Shown: in pieces, positions 36,878 to 52,014 of the stretch | Layout of the letters: the number at the start of each line of letters is the position of its first letter | Position numbering within the stretch: position 1 is the stretch's first letter | Origin: Eledone cirrhosa | Taxonomy: Eukaryota | Length of the DNA stretch: 64,000 nucleotides | Direction: 5' to 3' | NCBI GenBank assembly: GCA_964016885.1 | Contig: OZ024740.1 | Location: forward strand, 128,712,001 to 128,776,000 | Made by a program: the position numbers and the translations under genes | The notes under the pieces: model-generated | Told to the model about the DNA's origin: nothing | What the model saw: only the letters and a program-made list of their open reading frames with translations | Databases searched by the model: none

Positions 36878-37719
36878 GCGTGCGAGTGTGTGTGTTTGCG
36901 CGTGTGTGTCTTTGAGCGTGTTTGAGTGTGTGTGAATCTGTGTTTGTGTGTGTATGTATGTGTGTGGGTGTTTGCATTTGTGCGGGTATACGTAGCCGAT
37001 CTCTCGAAATTCTACAAGGTGCTGAGAAATTAAAGCTAATATATAGAATGGTGTACATTTGTACGGATATGCTATACAGTATTGTGCAGAGATTTAAAGA
37101 AGGAAAAATACGTTGCTTACTGCCGACATGTGAAATCGAACTCCGTATCACCAAGATGGGTTTCGATACCTCATATCACATGACGGTATATTTCTTCCAT
37201 CTTTACTAGAGCACACTCTATTTTATAAGATATTTTATCGAATCTCCATGCATAAACACATTATCTTTAAGTAAGACAGGAGTTATCTTTCGTAATTCGG
37301 CTCATTCGGATTTTAATTACACTTTGTACTTGAAACAAAAGGTACGCTTCCTTGAGACTAACAATATCATTTTGTATATTTCACAACAAGCAATTTTAAA
37401 CAGATTACTAAGTTAAGTTATAGATTTGACATTGTATAATTTATCGTTTCAAGGTTGATGTTCATACATTAAGTGATGTCATAACTGTTACAATATTATG
37501 CTTTGGACATAATAGTGTCTATTATTCACTTCACTCCTGTATTTCATGATGCGCTTTTAATGTTGTCAAAAAAGACACTGAGCTCACATATTAATTATTT
37601 CGATGGAATAGTGCCTCAGGTTTTCATGTTTACATAAAGTACGTTTTTCATCTTTGTATTCAAATTTACTTTGTTTAGTTTAATGAGCTACATCGAAAGC
37701 TACTTGAACCGTCTACAGC

Positions 37720-38400
<681 letters not shown>

Positions 38401-38486
38401 AGATGAATATAGTTATATAGATATTTATATATAGTTGAATATATATATAATGTAAAAGATTTATCGCTCTACAGAGCTAAATACAA

Positions 38487-38803
38487 TAAATGTAATCTGA
38501 GTATTTTGAATATTAATAATTGTTTCTACTTTGGCACAAGGCCAGCAATTACCCAGTACATTACAATAATACTATTCGATTCGTTTCCAATTATGCAAAC
38601 AGCCTCTTTTTTAAAGCCATGTCAGTAGAATGAACCCCTGATGTAGTTTACATGCCAACACAAGAGCAAGAATGAGGGGCTCATTATACTGATATGGCTT
38701 GAAAAAAGAGGCTGTTTGGATAATTGCATACTATTCGATTCGATTGCATAATTGCAAACGTATCGAATAGTATTATTAATATTAAAAATACTCAGATACA
38801 TTT
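38487..38803. repeat. Foldback structure with a SINE 3' fragment (38518-38563, minus) in its left arm
   Basis: aaatgtaatctgagtatttt..aatattaataat / attattaatattaaaaatactcagatacattt; inner arms acagcctctttttt..cccct / agggg..aaaaaagaggctgt. Confidence 0.8.
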
Positions 38804-39232
38804 ATATATATATATAATCATATTATATTTGCCATTCGTAGGACCAGTCTTGTCACAACTTGTTTCACACTGAATCCCACTGAGAAATATGGTGAGGGAG
38901 CACGTCTCTGTTGATTAAATTTATGTTATTTGCTTTTCTAACGACAAAGAATGATTACTATTGTACATTTTGCTTGACAACTCTTCTTTACCCCTTTTCA
39001 TCAGTCTTCGATGATCCTTGTCCAAAAATGGTAGATCCTTCACTAGTTATGCCGATTGAAATCTTCGCAAACTTCTGCGAACACTTGACCAATGGATTAA
39101 ATGTTACTGATGAACACCCTCAGCATTTTCTTAGGATTAACATATTATTTAAACAAGAATGTCTGCGTTGAATCTTTGGGTTCCATCCAAATGCATGACA
39201 CTTTGAGCAAGTATGCACACACACACATACTT

Positions 39233-39306
<74 letters not shown>

Positions 39307-39875
39307 GTACAAGTCAGTGTAAAGTTCATACAAATCGAAGATTGTAGGTAAAAACAAAAAGTGGAAATATACAAATTTAAAGTATCGATTCTTTTTAAAC
39401 TAACGAAACACATATATTTATATTTGGTAATATATTTTTTCATTTGCTTATATTTACTTCATACGTGGCTTTATTCACTATATTAATCCAAATTAACTAA
39501 AATATGATAAACATAATTATACAGACGAAAATATTTCGCATAATATACAGGAACAAATTATGAGTTTAATTATTTCATATAATCTGCCAAATTGTATATG
39601 CATACATATTGTTATGCGTATGAGCATGTTAGAAGGAAGCAAAGATTCTGCCGATGTGTAAATGATAAAATACAGATGTAAATTTGCAGCTATTTCTGCA
39701 TACATTACCTCTCTGTCTGTTGTTATATGATACGTCTCTCTGTCAATACTGCATATACAAAGGAAACTGTGTGTGGGTGCATGTGTGTATGTGTTTGAGT
39801 GTGTCTATGCGTGTGAATTATATTCATAAATATATTATGTACATATAATAATTCTCACTATCACACATATCAATC

Positions 39876-39983
<108 letters not shown>

Positions 39984-40001
39984 ACACGTATATATAAATT
40001 G

Positions 40002-40049
<48 letters not shown>

Positions 40050-40944
40050 CAATTTATATATATGTTTACAATTTATTTTATTTCTATTATCGGCAACCTT
40101 ATGCTAGCTTTATAAAGAATATATATTAAAATGATATATATGATCAAATGTAACCCAAAGGTTTCTAAATCTGTCAAACGTATTCAAACAATGGCATTCT
40201 TTATTTTATTAACTACAGATGTTGTGTTCTCGACGTTTTTCTGACGGCTGCATGATTTCAACATTGTTCATTTCGGGATATCTTTTTCCTCTTATATATG
40301 CAATAATGATATGGAAATTAATTCATTGAAATGAAGCCTAAAATCTTATCGACACACGTAGGTTACTAAATATTCGTTAGACGTGAGTTAGATTGCTGGA
40401 AAAATTAAGAATCTTGAATTTGTGGGTGAACGTCTTACTGTTATCCAGAGATTTCATTCATCGTTTCGATTAATGGGGTTTCACATTTTTAAGCGATGTT
40501 ATGAAATAGTCATCCATACTATGCCTGGGAATAGAGACGCCAATACAATAAGAATTTGAATGGTAATTAAATTATGTACTCTCCGGTTTTGAGACGAATT
40601 GAAATCGTGATTTTAGATATTACACATCCACATTTCTATAATTTCTTTTGTAAATACACGAATGCCATAAAAACCATATCTATTTTATATACTTTTACAT
40701 ACTGGAAAGCCTCTAAGCATGAGCTGACATTCTAGAAATATAAGCGCAACCTCAGTCAACGAAAATAACAAGTACTATATAAGAATTGATTGTGTCGTCG
40801 CAGCAGATTACGTCTAAAAATATATATACCTATATATATTAAGCGAGAGCAACTTTGAATAAATTAGTTGTTGATTATTTTTAACTCGAGTTCATGCATA
40901 AACGTAAGTCCAGCCATGACCGTGCCGTAGTTTTTCCAAGTATA

Positions 40945-40983
<39 letters not shown>

Positions 40984-43900
40984 TATATATATATTTATAT
41001 TTATAAATGTGTGTGTGTGTGTGAGACCGATTTACCGAGTAAATGGTTAAAGTTTACTCTCTAAATTCCATAAAATACCATTAGGCTCACGGACATTTTT
41101 ATTTTCTATGTATTTTCGAGTTTCAGCCATGTCAATTTTAGTTGATTCGATAGACATACGTGTATCTCTATTTGAAATGGTTTACATATCACACAGTAAT
41201 GTTTTTCATTATCTTATCTGTGTCAGCTGATAAATCGAATAGCCCATTATCTCCAACATGAAAACACTTTAATTGTTTATTTGAGACTGAAGAAGTTTAT
41301 TTCTTTTAATACATCTTTTAATTATAGTTATTTGATTATACCTTATAATAACATTAATATATCCAACATTCATTCCACATGGTTTGACAGAAAAGGACTA
41401 AACCAAAGTACATATTAACCAATATGATTATTTATTTCAACTGTAGGCCAAACACCTCAAATATAAAAAGCGATACATTTATATAGTAGTTCTCATACAC
41501 ATAGGTTAAACACAAATATCGGAGGCGTTTATGTTGGTAAAGGAGATCACACCGTCGGAAGAAGCTTCAGCAAACAAAACCATGTCTCTATTTCTTTTTC
41601 ACAGAACAAACACATGATGGAAGTAAGGGTCATCAATCTCGCTAGGCAACATCTGATTGAAAATGTTATGGGGCCATACTAGTTCCCGCAACACACATAT
41701 AAAACAAAATATATAATTTTCCGTCTATCATATTTTGATATTATACCAGTAAATCCCAGACTGCCAAAATATTTCGCATTCTAACGGTAGTAAAACATTA
41801 TTATTACTTTATCTGGTAAAATAAAAAGGCAGAAATCATTAATACTTTGAAGTCCTCCCAGTCTAATTGGACGAAGGAGACTGCCACACTCGAATGGTAC
41901 ACATAGTGGCTGCATCAAACTAAACCTAATGACTAGGTGTGTTAATTAGCGGACACTTAGCAAAGAACTTAAATCTGTAAGAACTATAATGCGAAAATAA
42001 TCTGTATCTTAATGATGTCTTTATTTATTTTCGTGTTGTACTGAAATAAATGCGTTTCTTGAATGGACCTTACAATTCCATGCTTTGCATGTTGAATGAC
42101 ATTAGATAATTCCTTGTAAGTGTAACACAAAGTTGAAAATAATCTATTCCTCTACAAAATGTCTTACCTGCTCATATCTCAAAAAACAAACTGTAAATAT
42201 CCAACCTCGACACCACCACCAATGCCATCTTTCTCCTTGCCATCATGATAATTATCAACATCATCGTCCGCTTTATTAACATTTATATACACCGTTTGAG
42301 CTGCATCATCAACAACAGCATTCACATTTGGAAATGATAACCACAGCAATTCATCTCACTTCATCCCTCACAACAAAACCAAAACAGCAAACCAATCACC
42401 ATCACAACAACGACATTAAAGCAACAAAACTTATTTTTAAAAAATCGTCTATATCATCTTTATCATCATAACAATAATAATAATAACATTAATCACTTTT
42501 CGTGTTTCTCTTTCTTTTCCTAGAAACCCAGACATGCATAGTTCTTACACTTCATACATTACTTTATGTTTCTTTTGTTGCCGCGCTCTTCAGACATCTT
42601 TTCTTATAATATTGGCAATATTCAAAATCCATAACATGATTTATCTTATTAACATCGCCCTCTCTTTACGAGGAATTCTTAATCAAACGGGAGCAAACCT
42701 GACACTATAATAAAAAAAAAAAACATATCTAAACAAACTACGATTACCATCTCATATTATTAACCTTTGCGATTCCGTGTTTTCTAATAAAATATTTACA
42801 TTTATTTTGTTTCGCAAAACGATAAGTGAAACGAAAAGAAATACGGAATACAAACATTAAATATAAAAAAGCACAGAAAGCCAAGATCGCTTTAAATAAC
42901 TAAATTAACATAACTGAATAAAATAACTCAACTTGGCAAGAAAACAGCAATTATTATTAAATTGTTAGTGATAGTTATCTTTAATAAATATATATATGTT
43001 TTTACTTTATTTTAGAGTAAGCTGCAAATAGATTACAACACGTTTAGCTGCAAATTGCGGTGAAAAAAAAAGAAGAAAAAGCATAAAATCAAATATGTAT
43101 TAAAAGCAACGTGGAAAAACACGATATATAAAAACAATGAGAAGCAACTACGAGAATGAGAAATAACAAACAAAATAATAATAAAAAAATCACAGAAAAC
43201 AAAAAAAGAAAATTGTAAAACATAGAAACCAGCATAAACACAAGCAAACAGATTGTTGGCACTGTAATGGAATTGCAGAATATTAAATAAATTCACTTCA
43301 TAACTTGAAAGCATTTGCTGTCACTCTTGAAGGTCGTACGTCAGTATCAAATAGAAGATCGCAATAAGAGATTTAGGTTTTCTTCGCTATGACGTTGGCA
43401 GTCATATTCATATTCTATGCAGAACGTCAAAAATCTTAAGAGAAGCATCGCATCTAACACCACCAAAACCAGAACCACCATCTCCAGCATCCTCACAACC
43501 TCCACTATATCCACCACTACCATCTCCACCAAGGAAAATGACAATTCGACGTTCATCACGAAAAGCAAAACAACAATAATTGTGACAATAATTATGAAAT
43601 TTTTCATAATGAAGATGATGATGATGATGATGATGATGATGTTGGGGATAATAATGATGATGATGATGATGACAACGATGAAATTTGGATAGCCCCATCT
43701 GGGTCACTATAAAATCAACCAGATATTGATGTTTGTGAGAATCAGGATAGTAAGTTATCCTTGATACGATAAGTGTCTCTTTATAACAAAAATGAATTGT
43801 TTAACCAAATAAAAAGTCATAAAAATAGAAAAGAAAGAACTGTAAGTAGGCACGGGAAATTGAACCACAGCATATATATATATATATATATATATATACC

Positions 43901-44069
43901 ATCCAACCAAAACATAGCCGTTGTGTATAATTAAAAGGATATGTTCTAGGATATGGAAATAGACACGGCATACGTACATATATACATATACATATGTATA
44001 TATATACTGTATATATATATATATATTTATATATATATGTGTATATATATATATACATATAATAATAAT

Positions 44070-44249
44070 TGTTTCTACTTTAGGCACAAGGCTAGCAAAT
44101 ACCCAGTGCATTACTGGTACTTTATTTTATCGACCACGTAAGGATGAAAGGCAAAGTCGACCTCGGCGGGATTTTAACTCAGATCATAAAGGGACGTAAC
44201 TATGCTGGAAAGCATGGCGTCCGACCCTCTACCGATACTGCCAATCCAT
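44070..44249 (-). mobile_element. Full-length tRNA-derived SINE with 14-bp TSD
   Basis: TSD catataataataat at 44056-44069 and 44250-44263. Confidence 0.95.
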
Positions 44250-45480
44250 CATATAATAATAATACTATTTGTAGTTATGTATATAGTATAAACAATCACA
44301 GACAGGAAGTAACCTTATTACCAGTATTTATTCATCTATATATGCATAATAGCTTTGCTTGTTTCCTCCTTCTCATGTATATGACTTACGCAGTCACACT
44401 ATCCACACGCCTGCATATGAATTGTTATCGCACTCTTCTTTTCTCAAAACTGCTTCCTCAATGCCTCTTTAATATTTGGACTGTTCCCTTGTTTTAACTG
44501 TTGCATGTATTCCAGTCCGTGCTTTTGATTTTGATTTTGATTTTAATTTAATTTTGATTTTAATTTGAAAATGAACTTGAATGATTGTACAATTATTATA
44601 CAATTCTCGTAAAATATATGTCGCATCTATTCCACCCTGTAAATACGAAACTGTTGCTCACAACATCAATTTATATGTGTCTATATTATTGTTCAGTAGA
44701 ATAGGAGGTTAATTACATGTACAAACCAGTTATTTTTATAAATATGTATTATTTTGACTGATATATATATATATCCTTATATATATGTTTCTTTTATATA
44801 TTTTATATATTTTACGTATATCACTTGTTGCACATATCTTGATAACTTATACCTTTGCCAGTTTCATCTTTATTCACACCTTCCTTTATGGTGTATATTT
44901 TACTTTATTTTTTATCTATTTTTTATCTATTTTTTATCTATTATTATCTCTTAACTTTAAATAAAAAAAATTTTTTTAACATGCATTTTATACTTTTTAT
45001 ATTCTTATTCCTTTATTGTTTATTTCTCATCTATTACGGTGTACTCCTTATGAGTTTCCTACCATGTATGTTCCTTCCGTTATATGTCCTTATGTTCCCA
45101 TATTTTTATACGTTTTTATAATTTATTATATTTCTTTATATTGTACTCCTCCATGTTATATGTCATCGTTTCTACTGTTATTGCTATATTTTGTCACAGT
45201 ATGGAGTATGTGCCCATCCGTTTTTCATATGTTATTTGTATTAGTGTATACTTTCTGTATTGCATATGGGTGCTTGCGTGTAGGTGCATGCGGGTGCTCA
45301 TGCTTATACGTATACTTTTATGTGAGTGTATGCATACGTTGCTGTGTGTTAACCAATCACATCATTGCTTGCATGATTGCCGGTCATAATATAACCCTAC
45401 CCAACTGTGAGTGATAACATTTTAGATCCGTATCCTTATTAGTATTAGTATATTCCTCATATTCACTATCTTTTGCTTGA

Positions 45481-45683
45481 TTTTATTTTTTATTTTTTAT
45501 TTTTTATTTTTTATTTTTTATTTTTTATTTTTTATTTTTTATTTTTTATTTTTTATTTTTTATTTTTTATTTTTTATTTTTTATTTTTTATTTTTTATTT
45601 TTTATTTTTTATTTTTTATTTTTTATTTTTTATTTTTTATTTTTTATTTTTTATTTTTTATTTTTTATTTTTTATTTTTTATT
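45481..45683. repeat. Perfect (TTTTTTA)n heptamer array
   Basis: Direct reading; produces the FIFYFLF pseudo-ORFs. Confidence 0.95.
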
Positions 45684-45800
45684 CGTTAATCCTTATCTTG
45701 TACATGAACAATACTTTAAATTCCTCCCACCTTATGATATCCCCACATTATATTCTTCTATTTTGGATTTGTTAATGCTTCTATACTCTGTATCTACTCT

Positions 45801-45854
45801 TTAAGCTCTGATGAGTCCCACTTTTAGTGTGGACGAAACATTGTCAGCAATTAA
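45801..45854 (+). ncRNA. Type I hammerhead ribozyme, intact core
   Basis: Stem I ttaa-gct/agc-aa-ttaa; CTGATGA 45808-45814; stem II gtcc-cact/agtg-t-ggac; GAAA 45835-45838; stem III AC-att-GT; GUC site 45843-45845. Confidence 0.88.
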
Positions 45855-45976
45855 ATATATACCTATGTTCTAAGCGCTCTTTGTTGTTAATTGTATTACG
45901 GCTCTGTCTTCAGACATTGAGCTAACCATATACTGCCTATCTGATAAGTTGAGTGTTACACACTCTCAATTTTCTC

Positions 45977-46050
<74 letters not shown>

Positions 46051-46053
<3 letters not shown>

Positions 46054-46904
46054 AAAGTGTACGATAAACACGAAATGTGTTTACATTGCAACAGACAAAG
46101 TTAGCTATTAATGAAATAAACTAATAAAAGTGAATACAATTTGTCTGTCTCGATATAAGTCAATAAAGACATATTATATTGGCAACAGCCATGATTCCTG
46201 GACATATTTAAATTTCAAAATTCAAACCTGTTCTGTAGACGAATTTGAACCTCGAAACCCAAATAATGTATTAACTGCTCGGAAGAGACCCTTCCTGGAG
46301 CTTAATTATTGTAAATGACTGAGAGTTTATTCTCAAAATATAATATAATGTATTGCTCCTTTATTGTATGAGCTGATCCTTAATCCTGCATAAGCGGCTG
46401 TTATTTCTAGCACCGTGAATGTGGGATAGCTAGTTTTGGCCTGCCTACCCACGTGTAGTCAGTCCTGAAAAATTTTTGATGTGTGATAAACTAATCTTAC
46501 TGGATTCCTGTTGATAAGCACAGAAGATTTGGGTATTTCACTCTTTTATTTCTATTCCATTTCGATTCTCTTTATTTTTCAATTCACATTCCACCGTTGC
46601 GAAACTTATTTGGGTTTCGAGGTTCAAATTCGTCTACAGAACAGGTTTGAATTTTGAAATTTAAATATGTCCAGGAATCATGGCTGTTGCCAATAAAATA
46701 TTGTCTTTATTGACTTATATCGAGACAGACAAATTGTATTCACTTTTATTAGTTTATTTCATTAATAGCTAACTTTGTCTGTTGCAATGTAAACACATTT
46801 CGTGTTTATCGTACACTTTAAATGTATTAACTGCTCGGAAGAGACCCTTCCTGGAGCTTAATTATTGTAAATGACTGAGAGTTTATTCTCAAAATATAAT
46901 ATAA
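46051..46904. repeat. Inverted plus direct local duplication, X-Y-spacer-X(inv)-Y
   Basis: 46051-46266 is inverted at 46606-46822; 46267-46348 is repeated directly at 46822-46904. Confidence 0.92.
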
Positions 46905-46920
46905 TATATATATATATAAG

Positions 46921-46965
46921 TATGTATACGTACATACATATATGTATACAGACGTACAGTAGTAA

Positions 46966-47026
<61 letters not shown>

Positions 47027-47440
47027 CATGCACACACACATATATGTACGTATGGATTCACCGAACATTTATTATAATGCTCGGTGTGTTTGTAAACAAA
47101 CCTCCCGAATTAAGCCTTACAGTGTCTAGCAACCGTCGTTGCTCATTTGTTCAACACTGACAAATGAACGCTGTACTAGTTTCAAGCTTATTAGCTATCG
47201 TCAGCAACGTATACCTTCCTGCCAGATCGTTGAACGTCTGAAAGTATATACTTTCCTTATGCATATTAACGGCTGAGCAGCCTAATTTGCATATCGAGTG
47301 AGTTAATCGGCCGGGGTACCGAAAACGATAAACGGAAAAAATGAAACGAAATTTCATTTCTCACTCTTAGTACGGCTGTTACTTAAATATAATTATGTAT
47401 ACGTACATACATATAATTATACAGACGTATAGTAGTAGTA

Positions 47441-47519
<79 letters not shown>

Positions 47520-47670
47520 CATGCACACAGTGTTGAACAAATGAGCAAAGATGGTTGATAGACACTGTACGGCTTAATTTGGGATGTTTGTTTACAAACA
47601 CACCGAACATTATAATAAATGTTCGGTGAATTCACACGTACATATATGTGTGTGTGCATGTATGTATATA
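46921..47670. repeat. Direct plus inverted local duplication, P-Q-spacer-P-Q(inv)
   Basis: 46921-47036 is repeated at ~47394-47529; ~47015-47157 is inverted at 47530-47670. Confidence 0.88.
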
Positions 47671-48026
47671 TTGTCCCTACCAATGTTAACCTTCTGAGTG
47701 TGTTCGACAATAGATCTAGCAGTGGGGTACTTTCGACTTCTCACTGTAATAGATCTGTAATATCCCAGTAAATCTCCACATTTCATTAAAAACACCATTG
47801 TTAAATTACTACGGCTGACAACTATTTAAAATGTATTCAGTCTGTCGTGACATTTTAGGACATTAGTTCATTGTCCCTTACTAGAGCAACACTTGGTAGG
47901 GTTGAGTTAGAGTATAACTATCAGCAGATGCATATAAAACTGCTGTTTCAAATTAAAGCCATGTTTTAAAGATATGTGAGGATTTTCTATACAAAGTTTG
48001 TAGCAACAGGCACCTTTATGCACTTT

Positions 48027-48410
48027 TATGCGGCAGCATTCCAGCGGGTTGTAGAGCATGTGAGAACATTTTAGGTAGTATAAAGATACGGCCCTTTCCT
48101 ATTTGTGTTCAAATCCTACCAAGTTCAATTTTGCTTGTCATATTTTTGAGTTTAAATACTGGGGCTGACATACCCTTTATCACGAATCTCTGGCCATGTG
48201 TCGGAATTAGAAATCCTTATCACGTGATTGCTTCGGGTAAGCAGATTTGCAGCAGCGTTAGAGCGCCGAAAATAAAACTACTGTGTGCTATTTGTTCCTG
48301 CTCTATATGTTCTAGGGTCAAACTCCGCCGTTGTAAACTTTGCCTTTCCACCTTTCGTGGTCAGTAACATAAAGTAACATTTATGTACTGGGAGTCGATA
48401 ACATCGGAGT
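48027..48410 (+). mobile_element. Two old diverged SINE copies in tandem
   Basis: B-box-like gtgttcaaatcctacc and ggtcaaactccgccg; core ctttgcctttccacctttcgtggtc. Confidence 0.6.
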
Positions 48411-48981
48411 TCTCTATTCATAAAATTACCAGAGTTAGAAACGATTGGTATGCAATGATAATTAAAAGGGTGAATTAAACCCAAATTATTCATGGATTTT
48501 AATTAGAGGTTGGAAAGATAAAGCGGGGCATTGTAAACCATATATGCCTTTAAAACAAGTTATGTGAAAATGATATCATATTCTTACATTAATTTATCAT
48601 GCAATTTCATTATTTTGCTTCTTTGATTTTGTCGATTTAGTAGTCAATCTGAATTTACACGGTCATTAAGTTTACACGTGTTTCGGAAACGCCACTTCCA
48701 GTGAAAATATAAGTCGTTGTATAGCTTAAAGTGTATACAAAACCTGACAAAGCCTTCATCAATCTAATCTTATTTGGCAGAAATTGATTGAAGCAAGGAC
48801 TTCGCAATTTATTTTACAATAAACTAAACATAAATTAGTGATATAGGTAGCATGTTAGATCCAAGACAGAATTAACAATAAGTGAAAATCTCAGTATTAA
48901 CATCCCTCAATTTTTAAGCACTTCATTCAGTATTGCTATATTTGAGCTTAACTATCCATCCATCTATCTATATATCTATCT

Positions 48982-49095
<114 letters not shown>

Positions 49096-50189
49096 ACGTA
49101 CAATTTCACGAGGGAGGATGATGTCTGTTTTCCTATAAAAACAATGTTATGATAAACATAAATTAAATATTTCAATATTTTGTTTTAAATAGTGTACAAT
49201 TTCTCTGGGGATTATGACCAATATAATATATTTTCAAAACGTGTATATATGTTTTTTAGTTATTTAGTTTCATTGTTCGCATACTTCCGTAATATACTTC
49301 CGCAAAAACCGAACGCCAAAAATCATTTTTCTTCATCAATAATTACACATCACTAATTTTACCAGTGATGCTGAATGTATTCACACTTGCGCATTTCTAA
49401 TCACTCATCATTAATTACAGTAGCGGTTGCTCAGCAAACTAACATTTCCATATTCCTTAATTAGGTGTTCCTTAATTAACACAATCCTAATTATTCGTCA
49501 CTAATAACTACACATATATATCTAATTAAAAATGTCTAATTACATTCTTTATTGTTTATCCTTAATTACACGTCACATGCCAGTGTTCACCTCTCCATAC
49601 CACGTAATTGAGCAGGTTATTATGAGTTGATAAGTGTAGGAAATATCACATGTCGTCTAGTCATGTCAAGTGAGAGACGTAATTATGACGCAACAGGAAA
49701 CGCTACACTTGCTTTGGGATAAAATTATTGTGGTACAATCCTCTTTGCTGCAAAAAGGATATGACAATTTTGATTCGTTCCAATCTATTACTCATATCAT
49801 ATAAACAATAGTAGGCATTATATGAAAGCTTCAATTTACTCAAGGCGGTTTCCTCCAGCTTGCATGGTAAATAATATAATGATTCAAATGAAAAAAATCG
49901 AAAACATTGTGTATGCAAATCTGAAATACACATTTTAGAGAAATATAAATATGCATACCCGCTGGGACACGAATCCATATTTTCTCACAGACACCGAACT
50001 ACAAGAACACAACAACATTCACAAACGAAGGAGAAACCCTCTACGTATTCGTTGGAAATACTATTAATAACAACACAACCAACATTATGATGCTCCTTCT
50101 ACGTAAAAAGCAACTTGATGGATAATATAATCTAAAACAACTAGACGAACAACTTTGACAACGAGTCTTCTGATTCTGATCTAACCAGC

Positions 50190-51790
50190 CTACATGTGCA
50201 TGCTCAGAGTAAGCCCATTTACACGGGCCATTATCACCATATTCGCCTTTTAGCAAATATGGGGCAGCACATCTCTCTCCACCTTCATCTTCCTTTCCAA
50301 GTGAAACTTCTAAAAGTTAATGAAGGTTTGACCGAAGAGAAAAGTGTGTCTTCAGTCCTTTCAGCCTGATCAACCACACATCCTTTTTCGCTACCCCACA
50401 GCCACAGGAAAAGTGCCTGTCATTCCCGACTGAAAGAAGGCCGAGGTTGTATCTTCAGTATGAACTCAGTCCATAGCCGGATCCATCCTACATGCGATAA
50501 TAGTTGTTCGACATAAATCCATAAGTCAGTAATACACAGACACTGGACGCGTGCGTGCAGAGCAGTTTCGTCGCTCTGTGCGCAATTCCGCGCCTGTAGA
50601 GTTTATCTCGATATCGCAGAGCCCAATGTGTCACTGAGAAGCGAGGGATTTCTGGACGTTATCTATAGTGCCCGGCTCGAAAAACCTCCGGGAAAGAATG
50701 GGTAGTTTGACTTGGTCGACACCCAGAGCTTCTCCGAGTGCGTTGTTACGCTTGCACGCGACTAAACCTCTATAGAACTCAGGAATGGCGATTTCACTGA
50801 CCACGTTTCCCGCCAGCTGTCAGGCACCCAGTCTCGGTCTCTTACTGACCCAGGAGTCAGCGCAGACAAAGTGAAGAGCAACGGAAAGGCCTGTTTCACA
50901 AAATTCGACCACACCTGATAGGCGTTTATGCAGAATATCTGAACAATGACGCAGCCTAAGCACAGGTTTGGGCATCATTAGCAACGGCATCCCCAGCCCT
51001 ACGCGTAGAGGGTGCTGGCAGCCGATGGATTGCGTAATCAATGGATCATGTCACCACCACAATAATTTCAAGAGGAGCCGTTCAAATTTCGCGTGGCACG
51101 ACAGTCAGGTGGTATTTCATGACGGACACGATGTCATTATACCATTACATTTGTCGTCGGCATATGACAACACAGCCTTTCAACGTCCCGATTCGAGCGG
51201 GGATTCCCTCCAACAGTCCAGCTTCAGCAGTAAAGGCTCTAGAATCAATACGTACACAAGAGAGGAGAGAGGACACGCTTGCCTTTCCGATCTGGAGATC
51301 TGAAACGATTCAGAAAGATGGCCATTAAAACCACCGAGAAAATGCCGCTGTGTATTGCAGCCATCCAGCCTTTGAAAACGGGAACATAGCCAGCTATCTT
51401 GACAACAAACTCCAGGCATAAATGGTTGACCCTATCGACACCTTTCGATTGACCTAAATTGATCATAGCCCCACCGAAGACTGGTTTAAACTGGAAGACA
51501 GGCTTACACAGGTCTTTACACGTCAACCTTCATCTCATGTGATTCATCATATGGTGGGTTGTCGTGTAAAGACCTGGACGGGATAGCGCAAGATTGCGAC
51601 ACCCATACCAAATCCTCCACGACAAAATTCTTCGCTACTACAGAGGCGTAAATATTAAACTCTCAGTTTAGCAGAGTTATGGATCTGGTGATCCTGATCA
51701 CCATGGAAAGTGCCCTCTCACAGTATTCCACCTCCAATCCTCAAGCGCATATTCACAGCAGGACCATTCACTTGGTCCATGCTTCCCTCT
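50190..51790 (-). mobile_element. Tx1/L1-clade LINE, old with internal deletions
   Basis: INLGQSKGVDRVNH, RQACPLSSLVYVL, CQHPLRVGLGMP; homologous to 57780-59724. Confidence 0.85.
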
Positions 51791-51820
51791 CTAACCTATT
51801 TTTTACCAAATAATAATAAT

Positions 51821-51987
51821 AATTGTTTCTACTTTTGGGACAAGGCCAGCAATTATCCCAGTGCATTACTGGTACATTATTTTATCGACCCCGTAAGGAT
51901 GAAAGGCAAAGTTAACCTCGGTGGGATTTGAACTCAGAATGGCAAGGGCCGTAACTCTATGCGCTAAAGCATGGCGTCCGACCCTAT
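51821..51987 (-). mobile_element. tRNA-derived SINE with (ATT)n tail
   Basis: Reverse complement of the 25955 copy; tail at 51809-51823. Confidence 0.9.
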
Positions 51988-52014
51988 TGGCCACAAGTGC
52001 TATAATAATAATAA

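Noticed and set aside
42555-42597. Minus-strand CTGAAGA...GAAAC..GTA hammerhead-like spacing
   Set aside because: Stem II cannot form and stem I is weak.
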